A DNA stretch of 64,000 nucleotides from an uncultured Candidatus Rokubacteria bacterium (GCA_963826115.1 CAWGVS010000006.1:672001-736000); one strand, 5' to 3'; shown: positions 47,755 through 58,680, counted from the first letter of the stretch. The notes: a model not told the origin generated them from the sequence alone. Numbers and translations: made by a program.

Positions 47755-48606
47755 TCAGACTCGCCAGCGTCTCCACGACCGGACCAGCGGCGTCCGGGTC
47801 AGAAGCGGGCGCAGGCGGTCGGCCAGGCGCTCGCGCGCGCCCCGGGCGTCCGCCGGCAGGGCGTGCCCCCACTTCCGCTCGAAATGGGCCAGGGCCTCGC
47901 GCCTCTGCGCGAGATCCGTCGCGGTGCTGACCGGCGCCCCCGGGCCCGTGCGCGTCCCGCCGCCCCGGTGCACGAAGCGGCTTCGAACCACGGCGCAGCG
48001 CCGCCCGGTCGCGCGAACGGCGAGCGAGAGGTCGCGGTCGTAGCCGTGGAGGAATCCGTAGCTTTCGTCGAAGCCGCCGATCTCGGCGAGCACCGCCCGC
48101 GGGACGAAGAGGCACACGCCATCGACGACCGCCACCTCCACGACCGGCGCACGCATCGCCGGCCCCTCCGCGAGGCAATGGACGATGCTGCGGCCCAGAT
48201 ACGTGCCGTCGCGGCGCACGTAGCGGGCGCCGTACAGGCCGGCCAGCCCGATCTTCCGTCCGGGGCCCACGGCTGCCGCGAGCTTCCCGAGCCAGTGCGG
48301 ATCCAGCATCTCGGTGTCGTTGTGCAGGAAGCAGAGGTGATCGCCCCGCGCCAGCGCGGCGCCCTGGTTGAGACCGCGGATCAGCCCGACGTTCTCGGGG
48401 TTCCGCTGGTAGCGGAGCGTTGGCACTCCGGACCACTGTCGGAAGTACGACGGGGTCTCGTCGGAGGACCCGTTGTCCACGACGCAGAGCTCGAAGGGGC
48501 GCACGGTCTGGCGCAGGCTCTCCAGGCACGCGCGCGTGAGGTCGAGCCGGTTGTGGACGATCATCACGACGCTGATGAGTGCGTCCGACGTCGCCGCGGG
48601 CGTCAC
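47755..48606 (-). CDS. GT2 glycosyltransferase
   Basis: VVDNGSSD, FLHNDT, GGFDE...YDRDLS. Confidence 0.85.
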   Translation of the reverse strand: MTPAATSDALISVVMIVHNRLDLTRACLESLRQTVRPFELCVVDNGSSDETPSYFRQWSGVPTLRYQRNPENVGLIRGLNQGAALARGDHLCFLHNDTEMLDPHWLGKLAAAVGPGRKIGLAGLYGARYVRRDGTYLGRSIVHCLAEGPAMRAPVVEVAVVDGVCLFVPRAVLAEIGGFDESYGFLHGYDRDLSLAVRATGRRCAVVRSRFVHRGGGTRTGPGAPVSTATDLAQRREALAHFERKWGHALPADARGARERLADRLRPLLTRTPLVRSWRRWRV

Positions 48607-48734
48607 GGGCGGGCCTGGGTCAGGGGAAAGCAGAAGCGAAGCGCGGACATGACAGACGGGACTCCCGGGCCACGAGGATGACCGGGATTGCGGCGTCTTG
48701 GCTGCCGAGGCTCCGCTGGGCACAGCGGACGGGG

Positions 48735-49562
48735 ATGAACCGTCACGCCGACGATCTCCTCCGCGTCGAGTTCGACGAGGCTCTCGGGCCCTCGATCGCC
48801 CGGCTTCTGGACCTCCTCGGCGACTTGCGCTCTGCCGCGCGGACCTCGGGGAGCTCGGACGCAGGGATGCAAGCCACATTCGCCGCGAGAGGCTTTCGCC
48901 TGCACCCGACGTGGCCGCAGACCACCGTCTTCTACGACTCCGCGTCGGACTGCTTCTTCAAGACGCTGAATCGCCGTCCCCGAACGCTCCGGGGGCGGGC
49001 CCACGCGCTGATCACCGATCGAGCCCGGCAGATTCATGCCCTTTCGAGATGGCTGGCCGACCGGGGCGTCCCGATCCCGAGGGTGCGCGCCTTCGGCACC
49101 ATCCGAGAGGGTCGCCGGCCCGTGTATGCCATCGCGCGGGCCGACGGTCGGTCCCTCTACGATCTGCTGGTCCGCGAACGGGGGGCCATCCCTCCGCCGC
49201 TGGCCCGGAAGGTCGTCGATGCCGTGGCCGGACTGCACGGCCTCGGGTACTGGCTGGGCGACGCCCACCTCTCCCACGTGTTCGTCCATCAGGGGGAAGT
49301 CAGCGGCTTCATCGACATCGACAGTATCAGACCGAACCGGCCTCCTTCTCTGGCCAACCTGGCCCGGGATCTCGGGCGGCTGCATCATCCCGCGCTTCCC
49401 CTCCAGCGTGGCGACGGGGACTCGTTGCTTCAGCACTATGCGGCACGGACGAGCCTGCAAGACGTGAAGGCTTTCGAGCGGCTGGTCGAAGGCTACTCGT
49501 CGAGGCGATGGAGGTCGGTCGAGCCCGATCCCGATCCCGATGCCGACGCGTCCGGCCGCTGA
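48735..49562 (+). CDS. LPS kinase (Kdo/WaaP/InaA family)
   Basis: LADRGVPIPR, LHGLGYWLGDAHLSHV (degenerate HxDxxxxN), FIDID, RDLGRL. Confidence 0.72.
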   Translation: MNRHADDLLRVEFDEALGPSIARLLDLLGDLRSAARTSGSSDAGMQATFAARGFRLHPTWPQTTVFYDSASDCFFKTLNRRPRTLRGRAHALITDRARQIHALSRWLADRGVPIPRVRAFGTIREGRRPVYAIARADGRSLYDLLVRERGAIPPPLARKVVDAVAGLHGLGYWLGDAHLSHVFVHQGEVSGFIDIDSIRPNRPPSLANLARDLGRLHHPALPLQRGDGDSLLQHYAARTSLQDVKAFERLVEGYSSRRWRSVEPDPDPDADASGR

Positions 49563-49709
49563 GCGGTCACGGCTCCGTGAGTCTATCGCGGCGGAGTCGC
49601 GAACCTTGACACCGTCCCGGACGCTCGCGCACGATCGGACACGCCGGACTCGCGATGGGTCGAGCCCCACCGATGCGCTCCAGGGCCGAGGTGTCCGGAA
49701 GGAGGATGG

Positions 49710-50495
49710 GTGCCCCGGGTATCGGCCATCGTCATCTGCCTGAACGAAGAGCGGAAGATCGCTCGATGTCTCGTCTCCCTGGCGTGGGTGGACGAGCTCG
49801 TCGTCGTCGACGGCGGCAGCATGGACCGGACGGTGCCCATCGCGCGGACCCACGGCGCCACCGTGCACACGAACCCGTGGCCCGGCTTCGCGGCCCAGAA
49901 GACCTTCGCGCTCGCCCAGGCCACCGGCGACTGGGTCGTCAGCCTCGATGCCGACGAGGAGCTCGAGCCGCGCCTCGTCCAGGAGATCCGGACGGCGCTC
50001 GCCAGCTGCCCGCCGGACGTCGACGGGCTCGTGATGCCCCGCAAGACTCGCTACCTCGGCCGATGGATCACGCACGGCGAGTGGTATCCGGACGACAAGC
50101 TTCGCGTGTTCCGACGGGACCGGGGAGCGTGCACGAGCGACGAGGTGCACGAGCGCTTCACGGTGCCCGGACGGACCATCCGGCTGTCGGGGCACATCCT
50201 GCACTACTCGCACGACGACATCGCGCACCACGTCCGGAAGCTCGACCAGTACGCGGGGCTCGTGGCGGCCACACGGCGTCGAGCGGGCGCCCGGTCCTCG
50301 GTGGGCCGGCTTCTCTCGGATCCGATTCGGCGCGCCGTCCGAGGGTACGTCTGGCGGCGCGGGTTCCTGGACGGCACGCCGGGGCTGATCATCAGCGTGC
50401 TGACCGCCCTCTACGTCTTCCTCATCCACGCGAAGCTGTACGAGCTCGAGCTCTCGCGGGACGGGTGCATCCAGCCGGCGCCGCTCGAGTCGTGA
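49710..50495 (+). CDS. GT2 LPS core glucosyltransferase (WaaE/KdtX-like)
   Basis: NEE..I..CL, WPGFAAQK, SLDADE, VHE, GFLDG motifs. Confidence 0.9.
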   Translation: MPRVSAIVICLNEERKIARCLVSLAWVDELVVVDGGSMDRTVPIARTHGATVHTNPWPGFAAQKTFALAQATGDWVVSLDADEELEPRLVQEIRTALASCPPDVDGLVMPRKTRYLGRWITHGEWYPDDKLRVFRRDRGACTSDEVHERFTVPGRTIRLSGHILHYSHDDIAHHVRKLDQYAGLVAATRRRAGARSSVGRLLSDPIRRAVRGYVWRRGFLDGTPGLIISVLTALYVFLIHAKLYELELSRDGCIQPAPLES

Positions 50496-51670
50496 GTAGC
50501 GGGCGCGCGACGCCGATCGCCGGGAGGCGCGGGCCCCTGAAGCTCGCGCTCGTGCGCCGTCGCTGGGTGCCCGACGGCGGAGGTGAGCGCTTCACCGCGC
50601 TCCTGGCGGGAGGTCTGGCCGGGGCCGGATGCGCGGTCACGATCGTGTCCGCGCGCTGGGAGGAGCCCACCGGCCCGGTCACGCATCGACGCGTGCCCAC
50701 GGTGGAGGGGAGCGAGCTCCTCTCGCTTCTGTCCTTCACCGTGAACGCGGCCCGGCATCTTCGGCGGGGCGCGTACGACCTCGTACAGAGCCACGCCAAG
50801 CTGCTCTGGCAGGACGTCTATCGGGCCGGCGACGGCTGTCACCGGGAGTGGCTGCGCGTCCGCGCCGCGCACCGGGCGACGCCCGGCGCGCGGCGCGGCG
50901 GCCTGTCGAGCGTCGATCGGCTGCTGCTCTTCCTCGAGCGCGCGTTGCTGACTCGCCGACGCTATCGCCTGATCGTCGCCATCTCGGCGCGCGTTCGCGC
51001 GGATCTCATCCGGCACTACGCCGTGCCGCCCGAGCACATCCGGGTCATCTACAACGGCGTCGACACGCGGCGGTTCCATCCCGCGGACCCTCGGACGCGG
51101 GAAGAGGCCCGCCGTCGGCTCGAGGTGCCGGCCGGGGCGCTCCTCGCGCTGTTCATGGGCACCGGCTTCGAGCGCAAGGGGCTCATCTACCTGTTGCGGG
51201 CGTTGCCGGCCGCCGGCGAGGAGATCTGGCTGGTCGTCGCCGGGCGCGACGCCGAGGCTGACAGCTACCGCGCGCTCGCCCACTCGCTGGGAGTCGAGGG
51301 ACGGGTGAGGTTTCTGGGCGCCGTGACGCAGCCCGAGCCGATCTATGCCGCCGCCGATGTTCTCGTGCTGCCGACGATCTACGAGCCGTTCTCCAACGCC
51401 TGCCTGGAAGCCCTGGCAAGCGGGCTTCCGGTCATCACGACGCGGGCCGCCGGCGTGTCGGAGCTTCTGGCTGACCGGCTGGACTCGCTCACGCTGGCGG
51501 CCGCCGACGATCATGCGAGCCTCGCGGAGCGCCTCCGCCGCCTCCGGGACCCGGCCGAGCGGCGGGTTCTGGGTGCGGACGCGCGGGCCGTGGCCGAGCG
51601 GCGATCCCTCGAGGTCATGACCGACGAGTTCCTCGAGGCCTACCGCTGCCTCGGCCTCGGCCGGGGCTAG
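50492..51670 (+). CDS. GT4 LPS core glycosyltransferase (WaaG-like)
   Basis: DGGGERF, DVYRAGDGCH, GFERKGL, LPTIYEPFSNACLEALASG. Confidence 0.88.
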   Translation: MSSGRATPIAGRRGPLKLALVRRRWVPDGGGERFTALLAGGLAGAGCAVTIVSARWEEPTGPVTHRRVPTVEGSELLSLLSFTVNAARHLRRGAYDLVQSHAKLLWQDVYRAGDGCHREWLRVRAAHRATPGARRGGLSSVDRLLLFLERALLTRRRYRLIVAISARVRADLIRHYAVPPEHIRVIYNGVDTRRFHPADPRTREEARRRLEVPAGALLALFMGTGFERKGLIYLLRALPAAGEEIWLVVAGRDAEADSYRALAHSLGVEGRVRFLGAVTQPEPIYAAADVLVLPTIYEPFSNACLEALASGLPVITTRAAGVSELLADRLDSLTLAAADDHASLAERLRRLRDPAERRVLGADARAVAERRSLEVMTDEFLEAYRCLGLGRG

Positions 51671-51674
51671 GCCG

Positions 51675-52827
51675 ATGCGGATCGGCACGGTGGTGGTGGA
51701 CCTGCTCGACGTCAAGCGGGTGGGCAGCGAGCGCCGGTACGGCGAGCTCCTGCGGCGCCTGGAGCGACGAGGCCACGAGCTCCACCTCTTCGCGCGCCGC
51801 TGGGACGAGGCCGCGGCCCGGAAGATCGCATGCCACCGGGTCCCGGCTCGCGGGCCGGCACCGATCACTCCACTCGTCTTCGCTCTTTCGGCCTTTCTCG
51901 TCACGCGCCGCTGGCGATCCCGCCTGGACCTCGTGCACAGCCACACGCAGAGCCTGGGCGACGACGTCGTGTCGCCGGGTGGCGGGGCCTACCTCGCGTA
52001 CCTTCGCGCGATCGGCCGCGACCCGTGGGGGCGCGCGGGACGGCCGGGCTGGCGTCCGCCGGATCGCGCGCGAGTCTTCATCGAGCGGCGTCAGTTCCGC
52101 TCGGCCCGCCGGGTCGTGACCAACTCCGTGTGGAGCGGCCGGGTGCTCGCCGAAACCTACCCGTTCGCGGCCGGCCGGACACGCTGCGTCTACAACGGCG
52201 TGGACACGGAATACTTCTCGCCTCGCATCCGCGAAGAGCTCCGGGACGGGACCCGCGCCCGCCTGGGCCTCGCGCCCCGGGGAGGTCGCGTTCCTCCTCG
52301 TGGGCACCGGGATTCACCGGAAGGGCGTGCTGGAGCTTCTCGAAGCGTTCGGTGCGCTGGGATCCGTCGCGGCGCGCGTCGTCCTCGTGGGTCGTCGGTC
52401 GGGCGCCGAGGACGCCGCGATCAACGAGACGATCCGCCGGCTTCGGCTGGAGGGCCGGGCGACCTGCCAGGATTTCGCCGCCGACCCGCGGCCCTACTAC
52501 GCGGCCGCCGACGCGTTCGTGCTCCCCACCAAGTGGGATCCGTTCTCCAATGCCACGGCCGAGGCCCTGGCCTGCGGGCTGCCGGTCATCACGACCGCGG
52601 CGAACGGCGTGAGCGAGCTCCTCACCCACGGCCGAGAAGGCTTCGTCGACCCGGACCCGCGCGACATCGGTGCCCTCGGACGCACGCTGGCGCGCATGCT
52701 GGACGCCGATCGCGCGCGGATGGGCCAGGCCGCGCGGGCCCTCGCCGAGACGTTGACGTGGGAGCGACACGTCGACGCCATGCTGACCCTCTACGCCGAG
52801 GTGGTCGAGGAGCGCCGAAGGCGGTGA
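51675..52827 (+). CDS. Second WaaG-like GT4; frameshift near 52280
   Basis: GSERR, YNGVD, then GIHRKG and LPTKWDPFSNATAEALACG in ORF 52300..52827; shift falls at a C/G homopolymer. Confidence 0.82.
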
Positions 52828-53025
52828 GCCGCCGGCGCCGGGGATGTGATGCCACCCGGTATCGTCCTTGACACCGCCCGTGCCCGCCGCGCACCATCCA
52901 GGTCGGGTGGGTCAGTCCGCCTTCGTCCGCTTCGTCGCGCGCATGCCGCGATGGAAATGGGGCTCTGACCGAACGGTGAGACGCGTGGACGCGGGTCCGA
53001 CCCCGATCACCCCGGCGGAGATCCG

Positions 53026-54021
53026 GTGACGAGGGCTCTCAGCTTCGTCGTGGCTGCGCCGACCAAGGTCGGTCGAAGCAGGATCGGCAAGAACCTAGGT
53101 GACGCGCTGAGACGCCTGGGCCAGCGCGTGACGTTCTTCGACTACGACCAAGAGCCTGCCCGGTATCGCCTGTGGCCTCGCGCGTTGAGGCCTCGGGATT
53201 GGCGGCAACGCCAGCTCGATCATGTCAATGCTCACGTCCTGGAGACGGCGCGGACGGTTCGCCCGGACATCTTCCTGTGCGTCAAGGGTGTGCAGTTCCG
53301 GCCGGAGACCATCCGCGCCATCGGGCGGCTCGGCGTGACGACGGTGGGCTACTGGATCGATGACCCGCTGGACCACGGCCGGTCGTTGATCAACGCACCC
53401 AGCTACGACCGGTACTTCACCATTGACGCGAGCTCGGTCGAGCGCTACCGCCGTGAGGGCATCGCGCGGATCGCGCATCTGCGGCTCGCGGCGGATCCCG
53501 AGATGTTTTTCCCGTTGCCGGCCGCCGGATGCACCATGGACGTGGCGTTCGTGGGCACGCATTCTTCCCGACGGGAGAGCATCGTGGTCGGTTTGCAGCA
53601 CGTCAATACCCACGTCTACGGAAGCGCAGCGTGGCGGACGGCGCCGATCGACGCGTCCCGCGTCCACCCGGGCGCTTTCGGATCCCGGACGAACGAGGTT
53701 CTGAACCGTGCTTGCATCAATCTGAATGTCCACACGTGGTTCGGACAGGGGTCGGGCATGAACCTCAGGGAGTTCGAGGTCCCGGCGTCCCGGGGATTCC
53801 TTCTGACAGACTGGGTGGCGGAGATCGACGGCGCCTATCGCGACGGTGAGCACGTGGTCTGCTGGCGGACGCCGGAGGATCTGCGCGCGAAGGTCGCATA
53901 TTACCTCGCGCACGAGGACGAGCGGCGCGCGATCGCGGCCCGCGGCTACGAGCACTTCTTGCGGCATCACACGTATGCGGCTCGGGCGAGCGAGCTGTTG
54001 GACCGGCTGGGTGAGACGTGA
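53026..54021 (+). CDS. CgeB/DUF3880-type glycosyltransferase
   Basis: WIDDP, DVAFVG, INLN...NLREFE...GFLLTD, IAARG..HTY..R. Confidence 0.85.
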   Translation: MTRALSFVVAAPTKVGRSRIGKNLGDALRRLGQRVTFFDYDQEPARYRLWPRALRPRDWRQRQLDHVNAHVLETARTVRPDIFLCVKGVQFRPETIRAIGRLGVTTVGYWIDDPLDHGRSLINAPSYDRYFTIDASSVERYRREGIARIAHLRLAADPEMFFPLPAAGCTMDVAFVGTHSSRRESIVVGLQHVNTHVYGSAAWRTAPIDASRVHPGAFGSRTNEVLNRACINLNVHTWFGQGSGMNLREFEVPASRGFLLTDWVAEIDGAYRDGEHVVCWRTPEDLRAKVAYYLAHEDERRAIAARGYEHFLRHHTYAARASELLDRLGET

Positions 54022-54205
54022 TCACTGGCCGGGTTGCTCGGATCACGAGGCCGGTTCCTCCGGATGCGGTGAATGTCGATGGGGGCTCTGACCGTCTCCT
54101 CGTGAACGATGACGGGGGAGAGACGGGCGCACTCGATTCGAGCGCGCCGACCCCGGGTGGCGCCGTCGAGCCGCCGGCCAGGGCGCCGCGTCCCCTGGTG
54201 GCGGT

Positions 54206-55288
54206 GTGCCATCGCCCGTCGTCGGCTCGTTCGTGAACGGATCGGCCCGCGAGTCGTCCTCGGTGCTCGCCGGCTGGGCTTTACCTGGGAAGCACGTGCG
54301 GAGGCTCCTGGCCCGCTTCCCGGTTGTCAGGTGGTACGCACGGTGGCTCATCCGGCTCGGGCGCGCCCTGGCCTACCGGGTTCGACGACGTCTGGGCTGG
54401 CTACCCGTAGTCCGCGGCTCGTCGCGGGCCCGGCTCGGAATCTACGTCGGCTACTTCGACGCCGCCGAGATCTTCGGGCTTCACCTGGATGCGTTTCGCA
54501 ACAACACGACCGGCCCCTTCAACTACTACGTGATGAAGAACTGCACGACGTTCGAGGAAGCGCGTCGATTCGATGCCATCGTGGCGGAGTACGACTTCCC
54601 GACGGTCTTCAGCACGTGGCCCGCGCACGAGCCGTTCGCGCACGACGAGTCCCTGCAGAGGATGGTGGACCAGACGAGCGACGAGATCATCGTGGTGTGC
54701 GACGTCGACGCGTTCCCGATCGTGCGAGGCTGGGACGACTTCATCCTGCGCGAGCTGCAGACGAAGGATGCGGTCGGCGCGATCGTGCACATTCCCGAGC
54801 GCAGCAAGATCCAAACGTTCCTGCATCCATGCTTTCTGGCTTTTCGGAGGTCCTTCCTCGAGACCAACGCGCTCAGCCTCCGTCGTCGCCGCGGCGCGGA
54901 GCCCTGCTGCCGGATCACCGAGTACCTGCTAGAGAGGGGGCGATTCCACGAGGGTCACGTGACACCCCTGTTGCCGACCGCGCACGAGGTGGAGCTGTGG
55001 CCGGGATTCCGGCACGATCCCGTGTTCGGATCCGAGAACGTCCGACATGGGTTCGGCACCACCTATGGCAGCCTGGTGCTGCACCTCTGGTTCTGGCGGA
55101 TCGTCGCGAGGCGGCGGCCGGTGAGGAATGCCGCCGGATCGATCCTGATCGAGGTCGAACAGATGGAGAAGGTGCTCGAGTCGATCCGGTCCAAGTTCGG
55201 CAGCCCGGAGCGCCTGTCGTCGTCGCGAGGTCCGGGCGACGCGTCGCGGGCCGCGCGCGCGGCGCACCAGCCCGGGGGCGACGCGTGA
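54206..55288 (+). CDS. Hypothetical GT-A-like protein
   Basis: H..SL...IVVCDVDAFPI (DxD), HPCF, late LHLW; lies inside the GT cluster. Confidence 0.6.
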   Translation: MPSPVVGSFVNGSARESSSVLAGWALPGKHVRRLLARFPVVRWYARWLIRLGRALAYRVRRRLGWLPVVRGSSRARLGIYVGYFDAAEIFGLHLDAFRNNTTGPFNYYVMKNCTTFEEARRFDAIVAEYDFPTVFSTWPAHEPFAHDESLQRMVDQTSDEIIVVCDVDAFPIVRGWDDFILRELQTKDAVGAIVHIPERSKIQTFLHPCFLAFRRSFLETNALSLRRRRGAEPCCRITEYLLERGRFHEGHVTPLLPTAHEVELWPGFRHDPVFGSENVRHGFGTTYGSLVLHLWFWRIVARRRPVRNAAGSILIEVEQMEKVLESIRSKFGSPERLSSSRGPGDASRAARAAHQPGGDA

Positions 55289-55475
55289 CGTCGTCGCACG
55301 AGACGTCCGGCGGCTGACCTGGTCGGCGTTCACCGGTTCTGCGTCGTGCCTCAACGCCTCCGGCGTCACCTGCTCGCAGGCTGGGCGCCAAGATAGGCGT
55401 GGCCGTTCACTGGAGTCTGCTCGCCTGCGGGCCCGATCGCCCTGCGCTCGATGGGGCGGGGCCGCGACGCGCCGG

Positions 55476-56348
55476 CTACGGCCGGGCGCGGCGCCACTGC
55501 CAGCGCCGCCAGAGCCGGGTCAGGAGGGAAGGAGGCGGGGTCCCGGCCGGCGGCCGGGGCCGGCGAAGGTCCGCGACGACCTCGAACGGGGATCGGAGGA
55601 AGATCCTCGAATAGGCTGCGTGCGGACCGCGCTCTTCCCAGAGCCGGCGCTTGTGCGCGAACAGCTCGGCGTTGTGTCCGCGGTCTCGCGGCAGGGAGTG
55701 GTAGCCCCGCTCGTGGTCGATGGCGCGCCGCTTCACGGGCCCTCCGGGAAACATGCGGATGCGCGTCCCGTGGTGGCGGTGCCATCGCCGGAAGAGGTCG
55801 TCCTCCAGGCCGTAGTGGCCGCAGAACTCCTCGTCGTAGCCGAACAGCTCGAGGTAGCGGCCTCGCGACAGCAGGAAGGTGTTCAGGTGACGTCGCGTGT
55901 GGGCCCCGCCCTCGTCGAGCCGGAAGAACATGTACATGGTGCGCCGCAGCTCGCCCAGGTCGACGATGCGCCGAAGCGTGTCCTCCGGGAACTCGTGGTC
56001 CACGTCCGTCAGCAGGAGCTTGTCCGAGCGCGCGTAGACGGCGCCGAGGTTCCTGGCCGCCGCGTGATTCCAGGGCACGTCCTCGGGTATCCGCAGGAGC
56101 AGGACATTGAGGTCGAGATCGGCGGGGAGCGTGACCGGGACGGGAGAGCCGTCGTCGATGAGCAGGAACTGGATCCGGTCGAGGACATACCCCGAATATG
56201 ACGCGTAGCGGCGGAGAAGCTCTGGCACCGACGAGGAGTCCGTCTGGTTGAAGTAGAACGTCGTGACGTAGGAGAGCCCGATGTGGGCGAAGCCCGCGGG
56301 CGCGGCGGGCTCGCCGCGGCTGTCAGCCGAGCAGGGATTCGATGTCAT
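55476..56348 (-). CDS. GT2/GT7-like glycosyltransferase
   Basis: LIDDGS, WNHAAARNLG, TDVDH, GYDEEFCGHYGLEDD. Confidence 0.85.
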   Translation of the reverse strand: MTSNPCSADSRGEPAAPAGFAHIGLSYVTTFYFNQTDSSSVPELLRRYASYSGYVLDRIQFLLIDDGSPVPVTLPADLDLNVLLLRIPEDVPWNHAAARNLGAVYARSDKLLLTDVDHEFPEDTLRRIVDLGELRRTMYMFFRLDEGGAHTRRHLNTFLLSRGRYLELFGYDEEFCGHYGLEDDLFRRWHRHHGTRIRMFPGGPVKRRAIDHERGYHSLPRDRGHNAELFAHKRRLWEERGPHAAYSRIFLRSPFEVVADLRRPRPPAGTPPPSLLTRLWRRWQWRRARP

Positions 56349-57270
56349 CGAATGCGTGCTCGACGAGATGGTTGGCGAGGACCCGCTCGTGCGCCCGGGC
56401 GACCTGGACCGGGTCGGGCGTGAAGGACGCGAGGAGACGCACCAGATCCTCGTAGGTGGCATACACCGTCCCGCAGTCCCTCAGGTCATGCGCGCCGGCG
56501 ATGTCGCGCGCGGCCCAGGGCGTGCGGTTGAGCATCGCCTCGAGGAGCACCAGCCCGAAGCCTTCGGAGCGACTGTTCATGACGTAGAGATCGGCCTCGC
56601 ACATCGCATCGAGGACGTCCTGGTGCTCGGGCGACACGACCACGCGCACTCCGGGAGCGTCATCCGGCACGCCGCGCCGCAGGTCGTAGCCCATCAGGAC
56701 CAGGGTGGTGTCCGGAGGGTGGCTTTCGAGGAACGCCCGCGTGAGCTCCTCCATGCCCTTGCGGGGCCAGAACCCGCCCGCGGAGAGGTACATCCTGGAG
56801 GTCCGGATCCCGCGCGCGGCCTTGAATCCCGGCCGCCCCGTCGTCGAGGCGGGCACTCCATACCGGCAACGCATCGCCTTGGTCGCGTGCCCGAAGCGCC
56901 GGATGTGCTCGAGGTCGAACGAGGTGCCCCATCCCAGGAAACTGGCGCGGGCCATGCCCTGGAGGACGTGGTCGCGGGTCTTGGGCTCGACGAGCAGAAA
57001 GAGGACGGGACTCGGCAGCCGATGCGCCTTGGCCAGTACCTCTCTCTGAGGGGAGAGGTCGCCGTGCACGACGATCAGATCGAACGGCTCGCGCACGATG
57101 CGGCGGTCGCTGGTGACACGCACGCCCCTGTAGTCGCCACGGTGCGTATCGGCGAGGACCACCACGTTGTGACCTCGGCGCAGCGCCTCCTCGGCGAGAC
57201 GCTGGACGTTGTGCTCGCTGCCGCCCGGGTAGGGGGCGTACCGATGCACGACGAACAGCAGCCTGCTCAT
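56323..57270 (-). CDS. GT4 glycosyltransferase
   Basis: YAPYPGGSE, WPRKG, SEGFGLVLLEAM. Confidence 0.88.
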   Translation of the reverse strand: MSRLLFVVHRYAPYPGGSEHNVQRLAEEALRRGHNVVVLADTHRGDYRGVRVTSDRRIVREPFDLIVVHGDLSPQREVLAKAHRLPSPVLFLLVEPKTRDHVLQGMARASFLGWGTSFDLEHIRRFGHATKAMRCRYGVPASTTGRPGFKAARGIRTSRMYLSAGGFWPRKGMEELTRAFLESHPPDTTLVLMGYDLRRGVPDDAPGVRVVVSPEHQDVLDAMCEADLYVMNSRSEGFGLVLLEAMLNRTPWAARDIAGAHDLRDCGTVYATYEDLVRLLASFTPDPVQVARAHERVLANHLVEHAFDDIESLLG

Positions 57271-57522
57271 CGGGTGGGCATCGCCCGGGCGGGATTGTAT
57301 CATTGGCCGGCCAACGTCGAATCGTCGTGCCTCGAGGCGGTGGAAGAAGACGGCGGAAGACCGAGTGACGGCTTCGCCCTGGCGCGCCCGTGTCACGAAG
57401 GCGTGATCCACGACCGAACCAGTCGTCGGTCGCGGACGTGACCTGCGTTTCCGAGTGACGGGAGCTCGTGCTCCGGAGACTTTCACGACTGAATGGTGCT
57501 TCTGAACCGGGAGGAGTAGGCA

Positions 57523-58680
57523 ATGACGCAGCCGTTCAACGGCCTCGGCCTCGGCATGGGCAACCTGGCGCGCCTGTCCCGCGCGAAGTCGCGCTCGATC
57601 AGCGCGGAGAACTTCACCGGCGCCAAGGGTGCGGGCGGCATGGCGACCGAGGGGACCGGCGCCGTGGCGGCGAAGGACCTCGGCCGGGGCTGGAAGGTGT
57701 CGCCCTCCGTCCGGATCGAGCCCCACCAGACGTTCACGGTCGCGGAGATCCAGGGGCCGGGCGCGATCCAGCAGATCTGGATGACGGCCTTCCCGGGATT
57801 CTGGCGGAGCGCGGTGCTCCGGATGTACTGGGACGGCGAGGCGACACCCTCGGTCGAGACGCCGCTCGGCGATTTCTTCGGGGCGGGGTGGACCGAGCGC
57901 TGCCGGATGAGCTCGCTGGCGGTCTGCGTCAATCCGGCCGGTGGCTTCAACTGCTACTGGGAGATGCCGTTCCGGCGGAGCGCGCGGATCACCATCGAGA
58001 ACCGCGGCGAGGACCCGATGACCCTCTACTACCAGGTCAACTACACGCTGACCGACGTCCCCGAGGACATGGCGTACTTCCACGCCCAGTGGCGGCGGAG
58101 CAATCCCTTGCCCTACAAGGAGGTCCACACGCTCCTCGAGGGCGTGCGGGGCCACGGCCACTACGTGGGGACCTACCTCGCGTGGGGCGTCCACAGCAAC
58201 GGCTGGTGGGGCGAGGGCGAGATCAAGTTCTTCATGGACGGGGACGGGGAGTTCCCGACGATCTGCGGCACCGGCACCGAGGACTACTTCGGCGGGGCGT
58301 GGGACTTCGAGGAGCCGGGCGCGGTGTACGGGGTCTTCTCGACTCCCTATTCGGGGCTCCACGAGGTGCAGACGCCGTCGTCCATGTTCCGCACGCAGCA
58401 GCGCTTCGGGATGTACCGCTGGCACGTCATGGACCCCGTCCGCTTCGAGCAGGACCTCCGGGTCACCATCCAGGCGCTCGGCTGGCGCCCCGACCGCGCC
58501 AACCTGCCCGCCCAGGCCCTGAGCAAGGTGATGCTCGATCGTCTCCAGGGCGGCTGGCGCCCCGCCAAGCACTACCTCCCGCTCCAGGACGACATCGCCT
58601 CGACCGCGTTCTGGTACCAGACGGAGCCCCACGCGCCGTTCCCGGCGCTCCCGGCGCACGAGAAGCTCGAGGTGATCTGA
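57523..58680 (+). CDS. DUF2961 / glycoside hydrolase family 172 protein
   Basis: SISAENFTGAKG, WWGEGEIKFF.DG, GTGTEDYFGGAW, DDIASTAFWYQ; GGAGGAG RBS. Confidence 0.92.
   Translation: MTQPFNGLGLGMGNLARLSRAKSRSISAENFTGAKGAGGMATEGTGAVAAKDLGRGWKVSPSVRIEPHQTFTVAEIQGPGAIQQIWMTAFPGFWRSAVLRMYWDGEATPSVETPLGDFFGAGWTERCRMSSLAVCVNPAGGFNCYWEMPFRRSARITIENRGEDPMTLYYQVNYTLTDVPEDMAYFHAQWRRSNPLPYKEVHTLLEGVRGHGHYVGTYLAWGVHSNGWWGEGEIKFFMDGDGEFPTICGTGTEDYFGGAWDFEEPGAVYGVFSTPYSGLHEVQTPSSMFRTQQRFGMYRWHVMDPVRFEQDLRVTIQALGWRPDRANLPAQALSKVMLDRLQGGWRPAKHYLPLQDDIASTAFWYQTEPHAPFPALPAHEKLEVI

Noticed and set aside
49520-49548. Short CCCGAT tandem run (PDPDPDADA) at the kinase C-terminus
   Set aside because: About three units of low-complexity tail; no evidence of function.
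31562-52827. Frameshifts in the ABC operon, carbamoyltransferase and GT4 as programmed frameshifting, phase variation or mass pseudogenisation
   Set aside because: They are scattered single-base indels in otherwise intact genes, with no premature substitution stops or slippery motifs; most likely long-read consensus errors. Read polishing would decide.
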